A stretch of 64,000 nt of DNA from an uncultured Gemmatimonadales bacterium (GTDB lineage: Bacteria > Gemmatimonadota > Gemmatimonadetes > Longimicrobiales > RSA9): NCBI GenBank assembly GCA_963783305.1, contig CAWAMW010000017.1, positions 128,001-192,000 on the forward strand. The letters are read 5' to 3'. The notes beneath the pieces were generated by a model. It made no database searches and was not told the origin of the DNA. It saw only the letters and a list, made by a program, of their open reading frames with translations. This document shows, in pieces, positions 1 to 9,552 of this stretch. Made by a program: the position numbers and the translations under genes. Each line of letters starts with the position of its first letter. Positions within the stretch are counted from its first letter, which is position 1.

Positions 1-350
1 ACGCCCCCTCCGCACCTTCAGTGCTTTGGTCTACCGGCCGCCTGGCCAATCCTCTTCTGCGTCGGCGTTGTCGCTCCCACCCCTTCCGATTCCCGCCACC
101 GCTACCGCTAGAATCAACGTCTCAGCCGAACTGAACAAAAGGGTGGTGATGACCGGAAGCACCGCGGGCCGGGCGGTAGATTCCGAACCGTCGACTCGCT
201 CTGAATCACCACCGCCTCCAGCCCCTTGCGGCACACATGCGCGCGTCGGCCCGCCAGTGGACCTGCTCGTCCCAATGGGCCGCTACGTTGCCGCAAACGC
301 GAGCGCTCGCCGTTGACGGCAGCCTGATCGATTTCCCGCCTTGAAGGAGA

Positions 351-722
351 ATGGCCGTGCCGACTTTCCGACAAATCTTATTGGCTGGGGTGTTTCTTCT
401 CCTATCGTCCGCATGTGCTACAAACGAGGGGTCGGGCGGAGGACACGATCGTGGGATTCCGGTCGTCATTGAGAACACCGTAGCCCCGCCCAGCTCTTTC
501 ACCGTCTGGATTGAGGCCGACGGGGGCATGCGGCATTGCCTGGGATCCCTTTCGCCGAATGCAGTGGGTCGATTCCGGTATCGGGTCCCGGCAGTCGGAC
601 GATACCGTCTGGTGGCTCAACCTCTTACAGGGTCAGCAGTTGGATCTACCTACTTCAAATTGTTCGAAGTCAGCGCGAAAATTGAGTGGGATGTGGGCAC
701 GGGGTCAGTGGTGGTGAGATAG
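351..722 (+). CDS. Hypothetical small lipoprotein
   Basis: GAAGGAG RBS before ATG; hydrophobic signal ending in lipobox-like SSAC; beta-rich mature part. Confidence 0.75.
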   Translation: MAVPTFRQILLAGVFLLLSSACATNEGSGGGHDRGIPVVIENTVAPPSSFTVWIEADGGMRHCLGSLSPNAVGRFRYRVPAVGRYRLVAQPLTGSAVGSTYFKLFEVSAKIEWDVGTGSVVVR

Positions 723-745
723 AGCCCGGCTCCCTGGCCACAGCA

Positions 746-778
746 GAGGGGGGGCGGTCGTTTCGACCGCCCCCCCTC
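746..778. terminator. GC-rich hairpin between convergent genes, probable bidirectional terminator
   Basis: Perfect 15-bp inverted repeat GAGGGGGGGCGGTCG-ttt-CGACCGCCCCCCCTC. Confidence 0.75.
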
Positions 779-802
779 ACTTTCATCGATCCGTGGCTGT
801 GC

Positions 803-1662
803 CTACTCGAGCGTGTACATTGTCGTCCAACTCGCCCCCACCACGCCGCAGCACGTGAGCTCCACATTCATTGTGACGGTATTCGAATCAAAATCATACG
901 ACCCACTGGTGTTGGCTGTTACGTCCGCGAGTGCCGGGGACCGTGAAGAAAACTGTACACTTCCATTCACGTAGACGGTAAACGCCCATGAAACCGGCTC
1001 ACCAAACAGGCCATAGGCGAAGTCAGACAACACATAGTCATAGCTTTCGCCCTCAACGGCCTGGGGACCAGCGGTGACCGTTACATTCGGGATCGCTCCA
1101 TCCACGAAGTCACCAGCGACAGTCCCGGAGTAGGTGCCAATTGGGATCTCCGCCGGCGCACGGACGACCGTCAGCGTGAAATCTGTCCAACTTCCGAGGT
1201 ATCCCGTACCAATCATAGATCCCGATGACGTCGATGCTTCAACCATGCTGATCTCCAGAGCAGAGCCGACTGTCGCGGTCGTCGGGATCCAGAGCCACAA
1301 GGTGTCGAACGCCGCTTCCTGGAAGGGGTCGTAGTCGAAGAGCGCGGTTCCGCCCGAGGCGTCGAAGCCGGACGCCACCTCCAGACTCCCGGAGTCCGCT
1401 ACCACGAAGAAGTCTTCCCCGAAGACCGCGCTACCGCCGAACTCCAACACTACATTGACGTCCTCCTCCGGCCGGACGGCGATCCCGCCATACCTCACAG
1501 GGACCCACGAGCCGTGTGGCCCCGTCACGGTCCGTGGAGCCTCAAAAGCAACCCACGGCGGTGCGAATTCCCCCATTTCCTCAATGGGATTCGTGATTTC
1601 CTCGCATGCGGAGACGGCCAGAATCGCCGCTCCGAGCACCAGTAGAACAGGTTTCGTTCCAC
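803..1662 (-). CDS. SusC/D-associated surface lipoprotein (start uncertain, probable indel near 1660)
   Basis: Signal peptide with lipobox (VLLVLGAAILAVSAC), acidic beta-rich body, directly downstream of susD; the RBS-preceded GTG at 1662 is one base out of frame. Confidence 0.7.
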
Positions 1663-3145
1663 GAGTATCCTTCAGGTTGGGTAGCAGCTGAGTTCTCAAA
1701 CCACATTGGATCGTCCAAAGGGCGCTGCGTCGGCGCATTCGGATTCGCGGCCAGTTCATCGGGTGGGTACGACATCCTGCGAATGATGTCACTCAAAACC
1801 GCCTGGTACGGCAGCGGGAGATCCGGATGTTTCGTTCTCTTATAGTGGTTCCAGTTCTCCGGCGACCGATCCAGTACCTCGATGAACTCCTGCTCCCAGA
1901 TCGCCTCGAGCGCCTGCGGCTGAGAAAGACTGCTCAGATCCGGCAGGGAAGACAGGTAGGCCTGCTTCTCTTCGGCCGGTATAGTCCCCGGCTTTCCGTC
2001 GAACCAATCCAGAGCGAGCTTCACGCCCTGATCATAGGCCGCGTCTGCTGCGGACAGGTTGCCTTTGCGAGCGTAGAACTCGGCCTCGTAGAACCACACC
2101 TCGGAGGCTGTGACCATCGGCTTGGCCAGTCCGGCCTAATAATGTTCTGATCCAGCACTGAGGTTGTGTCGTTGATGAAGGTAAAGACCCCATTGGTGTG
2201 CCCGATGTATTCATCGGACGTATAGACCCCTTCGTCCGCAGCGAACGCGAAGTACGTATCACGCCTCGGATCGTCTAGGCTGTTCATCAAATCAACGAGC
2301 ACTCGGCTTGGGTACCATAGATCCTGGCCGTCCAGGTTACCCTCGAACCACCCCGCAGTCAGCTTCCACAGATTATTCTGATTGTTCGGCGCATTGAAGA
2401 AAGGCAACGCGGCTTCTTCTGTATTCATCCTGATGAGCGGTTCATTCAGAAGCGCAGCGATGTCGGCTTCAACGGACGGATCCTGGTTGCGGATCATCAT
2501 CAAGATCCGGAGTCGGAGCGAATTCGCGAGCCTCTCCCAATCAGACATGTCGCCCCCGTAAACGAGGTCGCCACTCTCGACTCCTGGCTGTCCCCCCGGC
2601 TCGATCAGGGCAGCTGCCTCCTCCAGATCCTGCACCAGCCCTCGAAGGATCGTTTCCTGATCGTCGAACATTGGTTGCGGGAACTCCTCCGCCTGGAGCG
2701 CCTGCGTGTACGGAATGTCGCCCCAAAGGGAGGTGGCGTACCAGTACAGATACGCCATTAAGATTTCCCCCTGCGCCGCTACGTTCGGCCGGGCCGGGTC
2801 AGCCGCGAGCGCCTGATTCCGCATCAGATTGAGGTTACGGAGCCCAGTGGAATACACCGTTCTCCACGTATTCCCCGTCAGGAAAATGTCCAGTTCATAA
2901 CGGTCCGCGCCCGCGCGGTACGATGCATTGGAAGCCAGGACTTGAGACCAGTACAAGGAGGGGGGGTTTAGTTCCACCGCGCGGTTGGAAGCCAGGCCAG
3001 CCATTACAGTGGGCAGGAGCAGATCCCCCTGCACCGCAGTAGCCGCGTCCGGGTCCGTATTGATGTCCAGATCAAACAGGCTATCACAGCCGCTCAATGG
3101 GACAATCAGCAGCAATAGGAGCAGAAATCCTTTATACGCTCGCAT
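1581..3145 (-). CDS. susD: SusD/RagB family outer-membrane lipoprotein, split by a 1-nt frameshift near 2118
   Basis: Lipobox LSGC, DINTDPD, WGDIPYTQAL, DLVYGGD, DDPRR motifs in ORF 2021-3157; C-terminal SEVWFYEAE...RRMSYP...MWF in ORF 1581-2117. Confidence 0.9.
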
Positions 3146-3163
3146 ATTTATCCTCACTCGCGA

Positions 3164-6100
3164 TTAGAAGCGCGCCTGAACGTTCACACCAAACGAACGC
3201 ACGGACGGAAGGTTGTTCCATTCGATCCCCTGGCCGTTCGAGGCTGAGCCGAACAGTCCGACCTCCGGGTCGATATGCGGGACCTTCTTGTGGAAGAGCC
3301 ACAGGTTGCGACCTTCGACGCCAATGGTGAGACTGCCGAAGGGGGTGTGCTGCATCCACGAGCGGGGGACTGTCCAGTCGAGACGGACCTCACGAACTCG
3401 CGCGTTCGATGCATCGAACACCTTGCCTTCATGAACGACGGCGGCAGAGTACTGCCCCCAGAACGCCTGCATGCTCTGCACAGGCGTCTCGTTCGGCACG
3501 TATGTCGTGTCGGTCCCCGTGACAACTCGATTCACCCCTTCATCAACTAAGGTACCTCCACGGTTCACGGCGGTCTCGGCGGCAAGACCAGACCGCCGGA
3601 GGTTGGACACCGTCTCGGAGTAGATCACGCCGCCCTTGCGCCAATCGATCAGGAAGCTGCCAGTGACGGGGCCAACGCGCAGTGTGTTTGACAATCCGAC
3701 CGTGAAGTCGGGATCAATGCCGCCCAGGCGAATCACATTGCCTACCATCCGGAGACCCGTATTGGGGTCAATCAGGATTTCTCCATTGGGGCTGCGCGCG
3801 AAGCCGGGGCCGTACAGTCCGAGTCCCTCGCCGGGTTCGGCTTTGACCCGCAATCCACTGAACACGCTCGCGATGACGATCTCCTCCACGCCGGGAGCCA
3901 ACGATTTGACCGTATTGTCATTCGACGTGTAGTTCGCGTTGATGTCCCACGAAAAGAGACCTGTTCGGATCGGAGTCACATTCAAGGCGGCCTCGATCCC
4001 TGAATTATTTACGGTACCGACGTTGGTGCGCCGTGAGGCGAACCCCGTACTTTCCGGGATCGGGATCGAGATAATCTGATCCTCCGTGTCCACGTCGTAG
4101 TAGGTAAGGTCCAGGCCCAGACGGCCATTGAAGAGCTGGAGCTCACCACCGATTTCCCGCGAGATCTGAGTCTGTGGCTTCAGGTCTGACGGTGGGATCG
4201 TGCCGGTCGACGCAAACCCGGTGTGTCCACCATAGGGGAACGAATTGGTTGTGCTGTACTGACCGTAGATGGTCGACTGTGGGAAGAAACGGAAATCCAG
4301 CTGATACGGATCTTCATCGCTCCCTACCTGAGCGTAGTTCGCTCGCAGCTTTACGTAGGACAGGACATTGCCGGCACCGAATAGCTCGGTGGGGATGAAG
4401 CTGAGGTTAACGGAGGGATAGAAGAACGAATTGTTCTGCTTCGGGAGGGTCGACGACCAGTCGTTGCGGCCGGTGACGTTCAGAAACAGGTACTCCCTGA
4501 ACCCAAACGTCAGATCACCAAATACGCCGTAGATCTTCCGTTGCTCATAGGCGTTGGCCGGCGAATTCGCTCCAGCGTTGGCGAAATTGTAGAGGCCGGG
4601 TACCGTCAGATTGTCCGCATTGTTTGCTTGGATCGCCAGCTCACGATGATTCAGGTTACCCCCGAGGACCGCCCGGAGATTGATGTCTGGGGTCAGGTCC
4701 CGCCGCGCCTCCGCCAGCAGGTCGTAGTTCAACTGACGTTCCTGAACCACGTCGAGCTCCAGGAGTCCGTCTTCGTTCCCGAGCGTTCCGACGGATACGA
4801 TGTCCTCGCGGTTGTCCGTGTAGGTGTCGAGACCAGCGCGGCCTGTAAGCGTGACCCATTCTAGAGGGGACCACGCGACCGATCCGCTTCCGAAGAATCG
4901 CTCCACTCCCTGAGTGAACGGATTCTCGTTCACCACCCAGTAGGGATTGTTCGTAAAGTTTCCAATAGGGCGCTGGTTCCCCAGCTCATCCTTGTAGTTC
5001 CGGAGGTTCGCCACGGACATGGTCCGGGGCAGCGAGTTGACGAGACCCGTAAGGCCTGTCACGAGTGCGGCATCGTTGTTCCCGGATACCGCCTTGCCGA
5101 GGATGTCCGTTGTAACGTAGTTGCCGGTCAGTCGCGCACTTAGCGTGGGGAGGAAGTTGTAGCCGGTGTTGATGGTGAGAGAAGTCCTCGTCATTCTGCT
5201 CGCGGGTATGATTCCGCCCTGGTCTTGGTACGTCACGCCCATCCGGAAGTCTGCTGCTTCCGTCGCCCCTGAAAGCGAGACGCTGTGGATGGCCAGGAGA
5301 CCAGATTCGTAGAAATTCTTTACATTGTCCGGGTAAGCCTGGAGGGTGATCGGGTCGCCATTGATGTCCTCCACCTGCTGGCCGCGGATCTCGGGTCCCC
5401 AACCATCCAGGTCGGCGGCATCGTAGACGCCGAAGTCGCCGGCTGCGTACCGGTTCTGGAACTCCGGCAGGACCAACGGCGAGGAGGTCCGCAACGTGGT
5501 GCTTGCGGTGATCGTGCTCCCGCCGATAGACCGGCCGCGCTTGGTAGTGATCAGGATGACGCCATCCTTGGCCCGCTGCCCGTACAGAGCCGCAGCGGCT
5601 GCACCACGCAGTACTGTCACCGACTCGATGTCCGAAGGGTTGAGGTCACCGGCCCGATTCCCCACATTGACCGTCCCTGTGATACGGGTGTTGCTCCCCC
5701 CCGTTTCTTCACCGGTTACGATGTTCGAGTTTGAGATCGGAACCCCGTCAACGACGAATAGCGGCTGGTTGTCGCCAGAGAGGGAGGACACTCCACGAAT
5801 CACAACACGCGTTGAGGCGCCCAGGTCGCCGGACTGGGACACGACCTTGACGCCTGGCGTCCGTGCGGCGAGTGCGTTTACGAAATTGGTCTCCTGAGCC
5901 TCATTGAGCTCCTCGCCCTGAATCGTGGAGACAGAGTAGGCCACCTCCCGCCGCTGACGAGCGATCTGCTGGCCCGTAACTACCAGCGCGTCCAGCTGCA
6001 GCGCCTCTGTCGATAGCTCGAAGTCCGCCCTGGTAGCGCCTGTAGTGACCTCCACCTCGCGCTCCAAAGTCCCGTAACCGAGCAGGCTTACCCGAATGGT

Positions 6101-6343
6101 CTGCGTACCAACCGGAACGTCACGGAGCAGGTACCGTCCATCCACGTTGGTAAAGACGTGGCGGTTCGCAGCCGGAACTTGGACCACGGCGCCTGCTACA
6201 GGCTGCGCGTCGTCGACACTTGTCACGACACCGGTAACTGTTCCGGCTTCCTGCGCACTGGCAGGGTCGGCAATCACCAGCAGCAGCAGCGCTGCCGAGG
6301 CGACGCGGCCCAGCGATTGGTAGAGCTTACGTGGCAATGGCAT
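3164..6343 (-). CDS. susC: SusC/RagA family TonB-dependent outer-membrane transporter
   Basis: GGAGGAG RBS before ATG 6343; N-terminal carboxypeptidase-regulatory-like domain, plug motifs QPLFVVDGVPI and DIESVTVLRGAAAAALYG, C-terminal F. Confidence 0.95.
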   Translation of the reverse strand: MPLPRKLYQSLGRVASAALLLLVIADPASAQEAGTVTGVVTSVDDAQPVAGAVVQVPAANRHVFTNVDGRYLLRDVPVGTQTIRVSLLGYGTLEREVEVTTGATRADFELSTEALQLDALVVTGQQIARQRREVAYSVSTIQGEELNEAQETNFVNALAARTPGVKVVSQSGDLGASTRVVIRGVSSLSGDNQPLFVVDGVPISNSNIVTGEETGGSNTRITGTVNVGNRAGDLNPSDIESVTVLRGAAAAALYGQRAKDGVILITTKRGRSIGGSTITASTTLRTSSPLVLPEFQNRYAAGDFGVYDAADLDGWGPEIRGQQVEDINGDPITLQAYPDNVKNFYESGLLAIHSVSLSGATEAADFRMGVTYQDQGGIIPASRMTRTSLTINTGYNFLPTLSARLTGNYVTTDILGKAVSGNNDAALVTGLTGLVNSLPRTMSVANLRNYKDELGNQRPIGNFTNNPYWVVNENPFTQGVERFFGSGSVAWSPLEWVTLTGRAGLDTYTDNREDIVSVGTLGNEDGLLELDVVQERQLNYDLLAEARRDLTPDINLRAVLGGNLNHRELAIQANNADNLTVPGLYNFANAGANSPANAYEQRKIYGVFGDLTFGFREYLFLNVTGRNDWSSTLPKQNNSFFYPSVNLSFIPTELFGAGNVLSYVKLRANYAQVGSDEDPYQLDFRFFPQSTIYGQYSTTNSFPYGGHTGFASTGTIPPSDLKPQTQISREIGGELQLFNGRLGLDLTYYDVDTEDQIISIPIPESTGFASRRTNVGTVNNSGIEAALNVTPIRTGLFSWDINANYTSNDNTVKSLAPGVEEIVIASVFSGLRVKAEPGEGLGLYGPGFARSPNGEILIDPNTGLRMVGNVIRLGGIDPDFTVGLSNTLRVGPVTGSFLIDWRKGGVIYSETVSNLRRSGLAAETAVNRGGTLVDEGVNRVVTGTDTTYVPNETPVQSMQAFWGQYSAAVVHEGKVFDASNARVREVRLDWTVPRSWMQHTPFGSLTIGVEGRNLWLFHKKVPHIDPEVGLFGSASNGQGIEWNNLPSVRSFGVNVQARF

Positions 6344-7135
6344 GTACTCCTCCTTCGTCCGTCGAGAGGTTCCTCGTTCCTGAACAGCACGGTTCTGTTT
6401 TTTGCTGCGCTCCATGTACGCAGCTCGATCCGGACACCGAACGTCCGCTCCTACCTCCTCAATCGATAGATGGGTGAGATGATCCGCCGACCCCCCAAGG
6501 CGGGGAGTCATTCGTGGGGGACACACACAGGGGCCACGAACGCGGAGTCGAGGACCCGACAATGATGGTGAGCAGGAAACCGCCGCGCGGCCCAATTGGG
6601 GTGGACCGCGGAAGGGAGGGGTGGAACGTGTTTGACAGGTGCAGCCGGACGCTGCCACCTGAGTCGCCCCCTCACGCGGCGGTGATCCGCGGCAGGGGCC
6701 CGGCCCCGCGATGGGCCGCCCTGTCCCGACTGGATGATCAAGGCGATCAGTGGCGACGGCTAGCGTAACCCGCTGACCCCGCCGGCGACCGGAGCGGCAA
6801 GGCTGGCCGGATTCAAGCCCGACTCGATCTGCAAAATAATAGAACGGGACCGGCGTGGAGTGGCCGGGTCTCCCAGACCGAATCGACAGACCGACCGGTC
6901 AGCCCCGGGACCCGCCGCTCGCCCCTCCCGCGATGTCCCGCTGCGGCCTCCGGTTTAGGCTTTGTGCGTGCGGTACACCCGCACTCTTTCCTATTGGGGG
7001 GAAGAGAAGAGGGCGTCGACCTCACCGGCCGGCGCTCTTTTCATTTTGTGCGCTGCAAAGCATCTCACTGAGAAGACTCCCGAATCGCATCCCCCTGGGA
7101 TACGCCTGCCTCGGTCCTCAGTACGGGGCACATTA

Positions 7136-7313
7136 CGTAGCGTGCGCTACGCCTGATCTACGCCGTGGCGTAGCAGATCTGAGCCGCGTAGCGGCGCACG
7201 CGGTGGCGTGTAGGGTAGGTGTAGCTGTGCGTAGACTTGGCAAGCGCTCATGGCGTAGGGGTCAACGTCGGCGGCGTACCCGCAGCGGTATGCCCGTAGC
7301 CATGTATCCGTAG
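7136..7313. repeat. Cluster of GTAG/CTAC motifs with two short hairpins
   Basis: About 10 GTAG and 2 CTAC in ~180 bp; hairpins CGTAGCG-tg-CGCTACG and CTACGCC-gt-GGCGTAG. Confidence 0.6.
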
Positions 7314-7457
7314 CGGCGGTCCACTGGGGGTACCTCTCCCACCTCGCCGTCGCGGGGTATCGTTGCCGTTGGAAGCACCCTTCTCAAACAGCGTCAGGAT
7401 CTGCTCCGGAAGACACTCCGCACCATCGCCCCCCGGGAGCTCCCGCGGGGCCCCGAC

Positions 7458-7645
7458 GTGTCGTTCCAGCGACCCCGGTCCATGAGCGAGGTGCGTCCTG
7501 GCGACGAGCCGGACGGATGGCGTCTTGGCCGTCCTGAGCAGGGGTTTCTCCGCCGTCGCCACGCTCCTCGTGGCCCTTGGCCTCTACGGCCTCCTTGCCC
7601 TCCTTGCCTACAGCGTCCGGGGACGACGGGGCGAGATCCCTGCGG
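7458..7645 (+). pseudogene. 3' fragment of FtsX/MacB-like (ADOP-type) ABC permease
   Basis: FSAVATLLVALGLYGLL...AYSVRGRRGEI matches the permease C-terminal signature; rest of gene absent. Confidence 0.65.
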
Positions 7646-7882
7646 ACTGTGGGTCACGAGCCGGACGCTGCCTTCCGGCATGTAGATGGGCGTCCCTTCC
7701 GGACGGAAATTGGGGACGAACGACGTGATTTCCCGCACCGCCGTTGGGCCCTTGTATACGCCTTTCATCAAGCGGCAGTCGACGGTCGCGCGCGGACCCG
7801 CGTATGATAAGCGTTAGGATATCCGGTACGCACTCGCGCGGGCACGGCGGAGCGACCGTAGCCCCTCCAACACGGTGAACTC

Positions 7883-8401
7883 ATGCGACGGCTCTTCCTC
7901 CTGACGATTCTCCTCTCGGTTCCAGCGGTCCTGGGCGCCCAGGATCCGGACCACCTGGCCGCAGACCGGGAAGCCGTGCGGGCGGCGGTCGTGGACTACG
8001 TGGAGGCGATCTACCAGACGCAGCCGGAGCGTGTGGAGCGAGGGGTCCGGCCGGACCTGGTCAAGGTCGGCTACTACAGGGCTCGGGACGCGGAGGAGTA
8101 CACCGAGCTGCCCATGACCTACGAGCAGCTCCTGAATATCGCCCGGACGTACAACCGGTCGGGCCGGGACCTCTCGGACGCGCCGCGTCTCATCACGGTG
8201 CTGGACGTTCTGGACCGGGTCGCGGCCGCGAAGCTCGTGGCGGCCTGGGGGATCGACTATTTCCACCTGGTGAAGGACGACGGCCAGTGGCGGATCCTTC
8301 ACGTTGTATGGCAGTCGCACACGCCGGAGACTGCAAAGGCTGCCAGGGAGGAAATGGCCCGGATCGCGGCGGAGGATGGGAGCGGGAGTCAGGGAGGGTG
8401 A
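7883..8401 (+). CDS. Secreted NTF2-like (putative lumazine-binding family) protein
   Basis: Signal peptide; DREAVRAAVVDYVEAIY and WGIDYFHLVKDDGQWRILHVVW motifs. Confidence 0.85.
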   Translation: MRRLFLLTILLSVPAVLGAQDPDHLAADREAVRAAVVDYVEAIYQTQPERVERGVRPDLVKVGYYRARDAEEYTELPMTYEQLLNIARTYNRSGRDLSDAPRLITVLDVLDRVAAAKLVAAWGIDYFHLVKDDGQWRILHVVWQSHTPETAKAAREEMARIAAEDGSGSQGG

Positions 8402-9215
8402 GGCGGAGGATCGGGGGCTGTACGGCGGGCGCCCTGGTCTGCTTCGCAGCGGCGTGGAGTCTACCTGCCGCCGGCCGCCCCAAGCGGCCGAGACCCGCCG
8501 GCGGTGTGGGGAGGGCTGAGCCCCGGTTCCTTCGGCGTGGGGCTGGAAGTCCTGCGGTTCACGGATCCGAGCCGTCCTTACGCTCCCCTGCCCGGACCGG
8601 ACGACGTGCTGGACGTCAGGACGTGGCGGGGCGCGGAGGGCCGACCGATCCAAGTCGTGATATGGTACCCTGCGACGGACGTGGGGGGTTCGAAGCCCTT
8701 CCGGTACGGTGACCTCGTCGCCCTCACGGCGTCGGAGCTTGGCGAGGAATACGCGACGCCGGCCGCGCTCTCCGCAGCGTCGGAGCAGCTCCGACCCGGT
8801 CCGCTGGGGCCGTACGTCGACGGCGAGTCGGTCACGGACGACGAGTTGCGGGTGGCGCTCGCGGTGCCCCTGTTGTCGGTGCTGGAGGCGCCCCGGGCTG
8901 CGGGCATCTTCCCCCTCGTGCTCATGGTGCACTACGTGGGTCACCGGGTGCTGGCAGAGTACCTGGCGAGCCACGGCTACGTGGTCGCTGCGATCCCGCT
9001 CCTGGGCTCCTCGCCGGCGTGGCAGAACCGGGGTGAGGGCGGGTCGGCCTTGGGGGGCCCAACACGGTGAGGATCGACGACCTGTCGCATCCCCATTTCT
9101 AAGATTTCGAGCGTGTGGCCCGGCCGGACTCGGCGGCGGCCGTCCACCCGGAGTACCACGCCATCGCGTTCTACACGCGGAGGCACCTCGACCAATACCT
9201 GAAGGGAGACAAGAG
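8398..9215 (+). pseudogene. Disrupted secreted alpha/beta hydrolase
   Basis: RPIQVVIWYPA, FPLVLM, LAEYLASHGYVVAAI and C-terminal HLDQYLKGD present; frameshift near 8480, central nucleophile region missing, stops near 9070 and 9100. Confidence 0.7.
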
Positions 9216-9520
9216 CACGCCGAAGAGCTGGCTCCTCAGCGCGGCGGCAGCGGGGAGCGAGAGCAGGGGCCCGGCGGCCATCCCCACCACGGCTGGGGCG
9301 ACCCCGTGCCACGCCATCTCCCGGGCGACCCGGGCCGGACGCGCCCCGATGGCCATGCGGGCTGCCGCTTCTCGCGTCCGTCGCTCCACCGCGAACGATA
9401 CCACGGCGTAGATGCCGGTGACCGCCAGTAGTAGCGCGACGCCGGCGAACCCCGCGGTCACGGCCATCAGCAGCTGCCGACCGGCCAGCGTGCCGCGGAA
9501 CAGATCTATGGGGTCGATTC
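9200..9520 (-). pseudogene. 3' fragment of FtsX/MacB-like (ADOP-type) ABC permease
   Basis: FAGVALLLAVTGIYAVVSFAVERRTRE..RMAIGA...SQLFGV signature; no N-terminal part. Confidence 0.75.
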
Positions 9521-9552
9521 GACGGCCAGGCTCACGCCAGATCGAGCCGGCA

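Noticed and set aside
1..350. Short overlapping ORFs at the window start
   Set aside because: No consistent coding signal or recognisable product.
6855..7313. 152-aa ORF across the GTAG cluster
   Set aside because: Arg/Pro-rich, no RBS or recognisable motif; more likely non-coding.
7650..7800. Possible gene fragment MKGVYKGPTAVREITSFVPNF on the minus strand
   Set aside because: Looks protein-like for about 40 codons but I cannot assign a family or boundaries.
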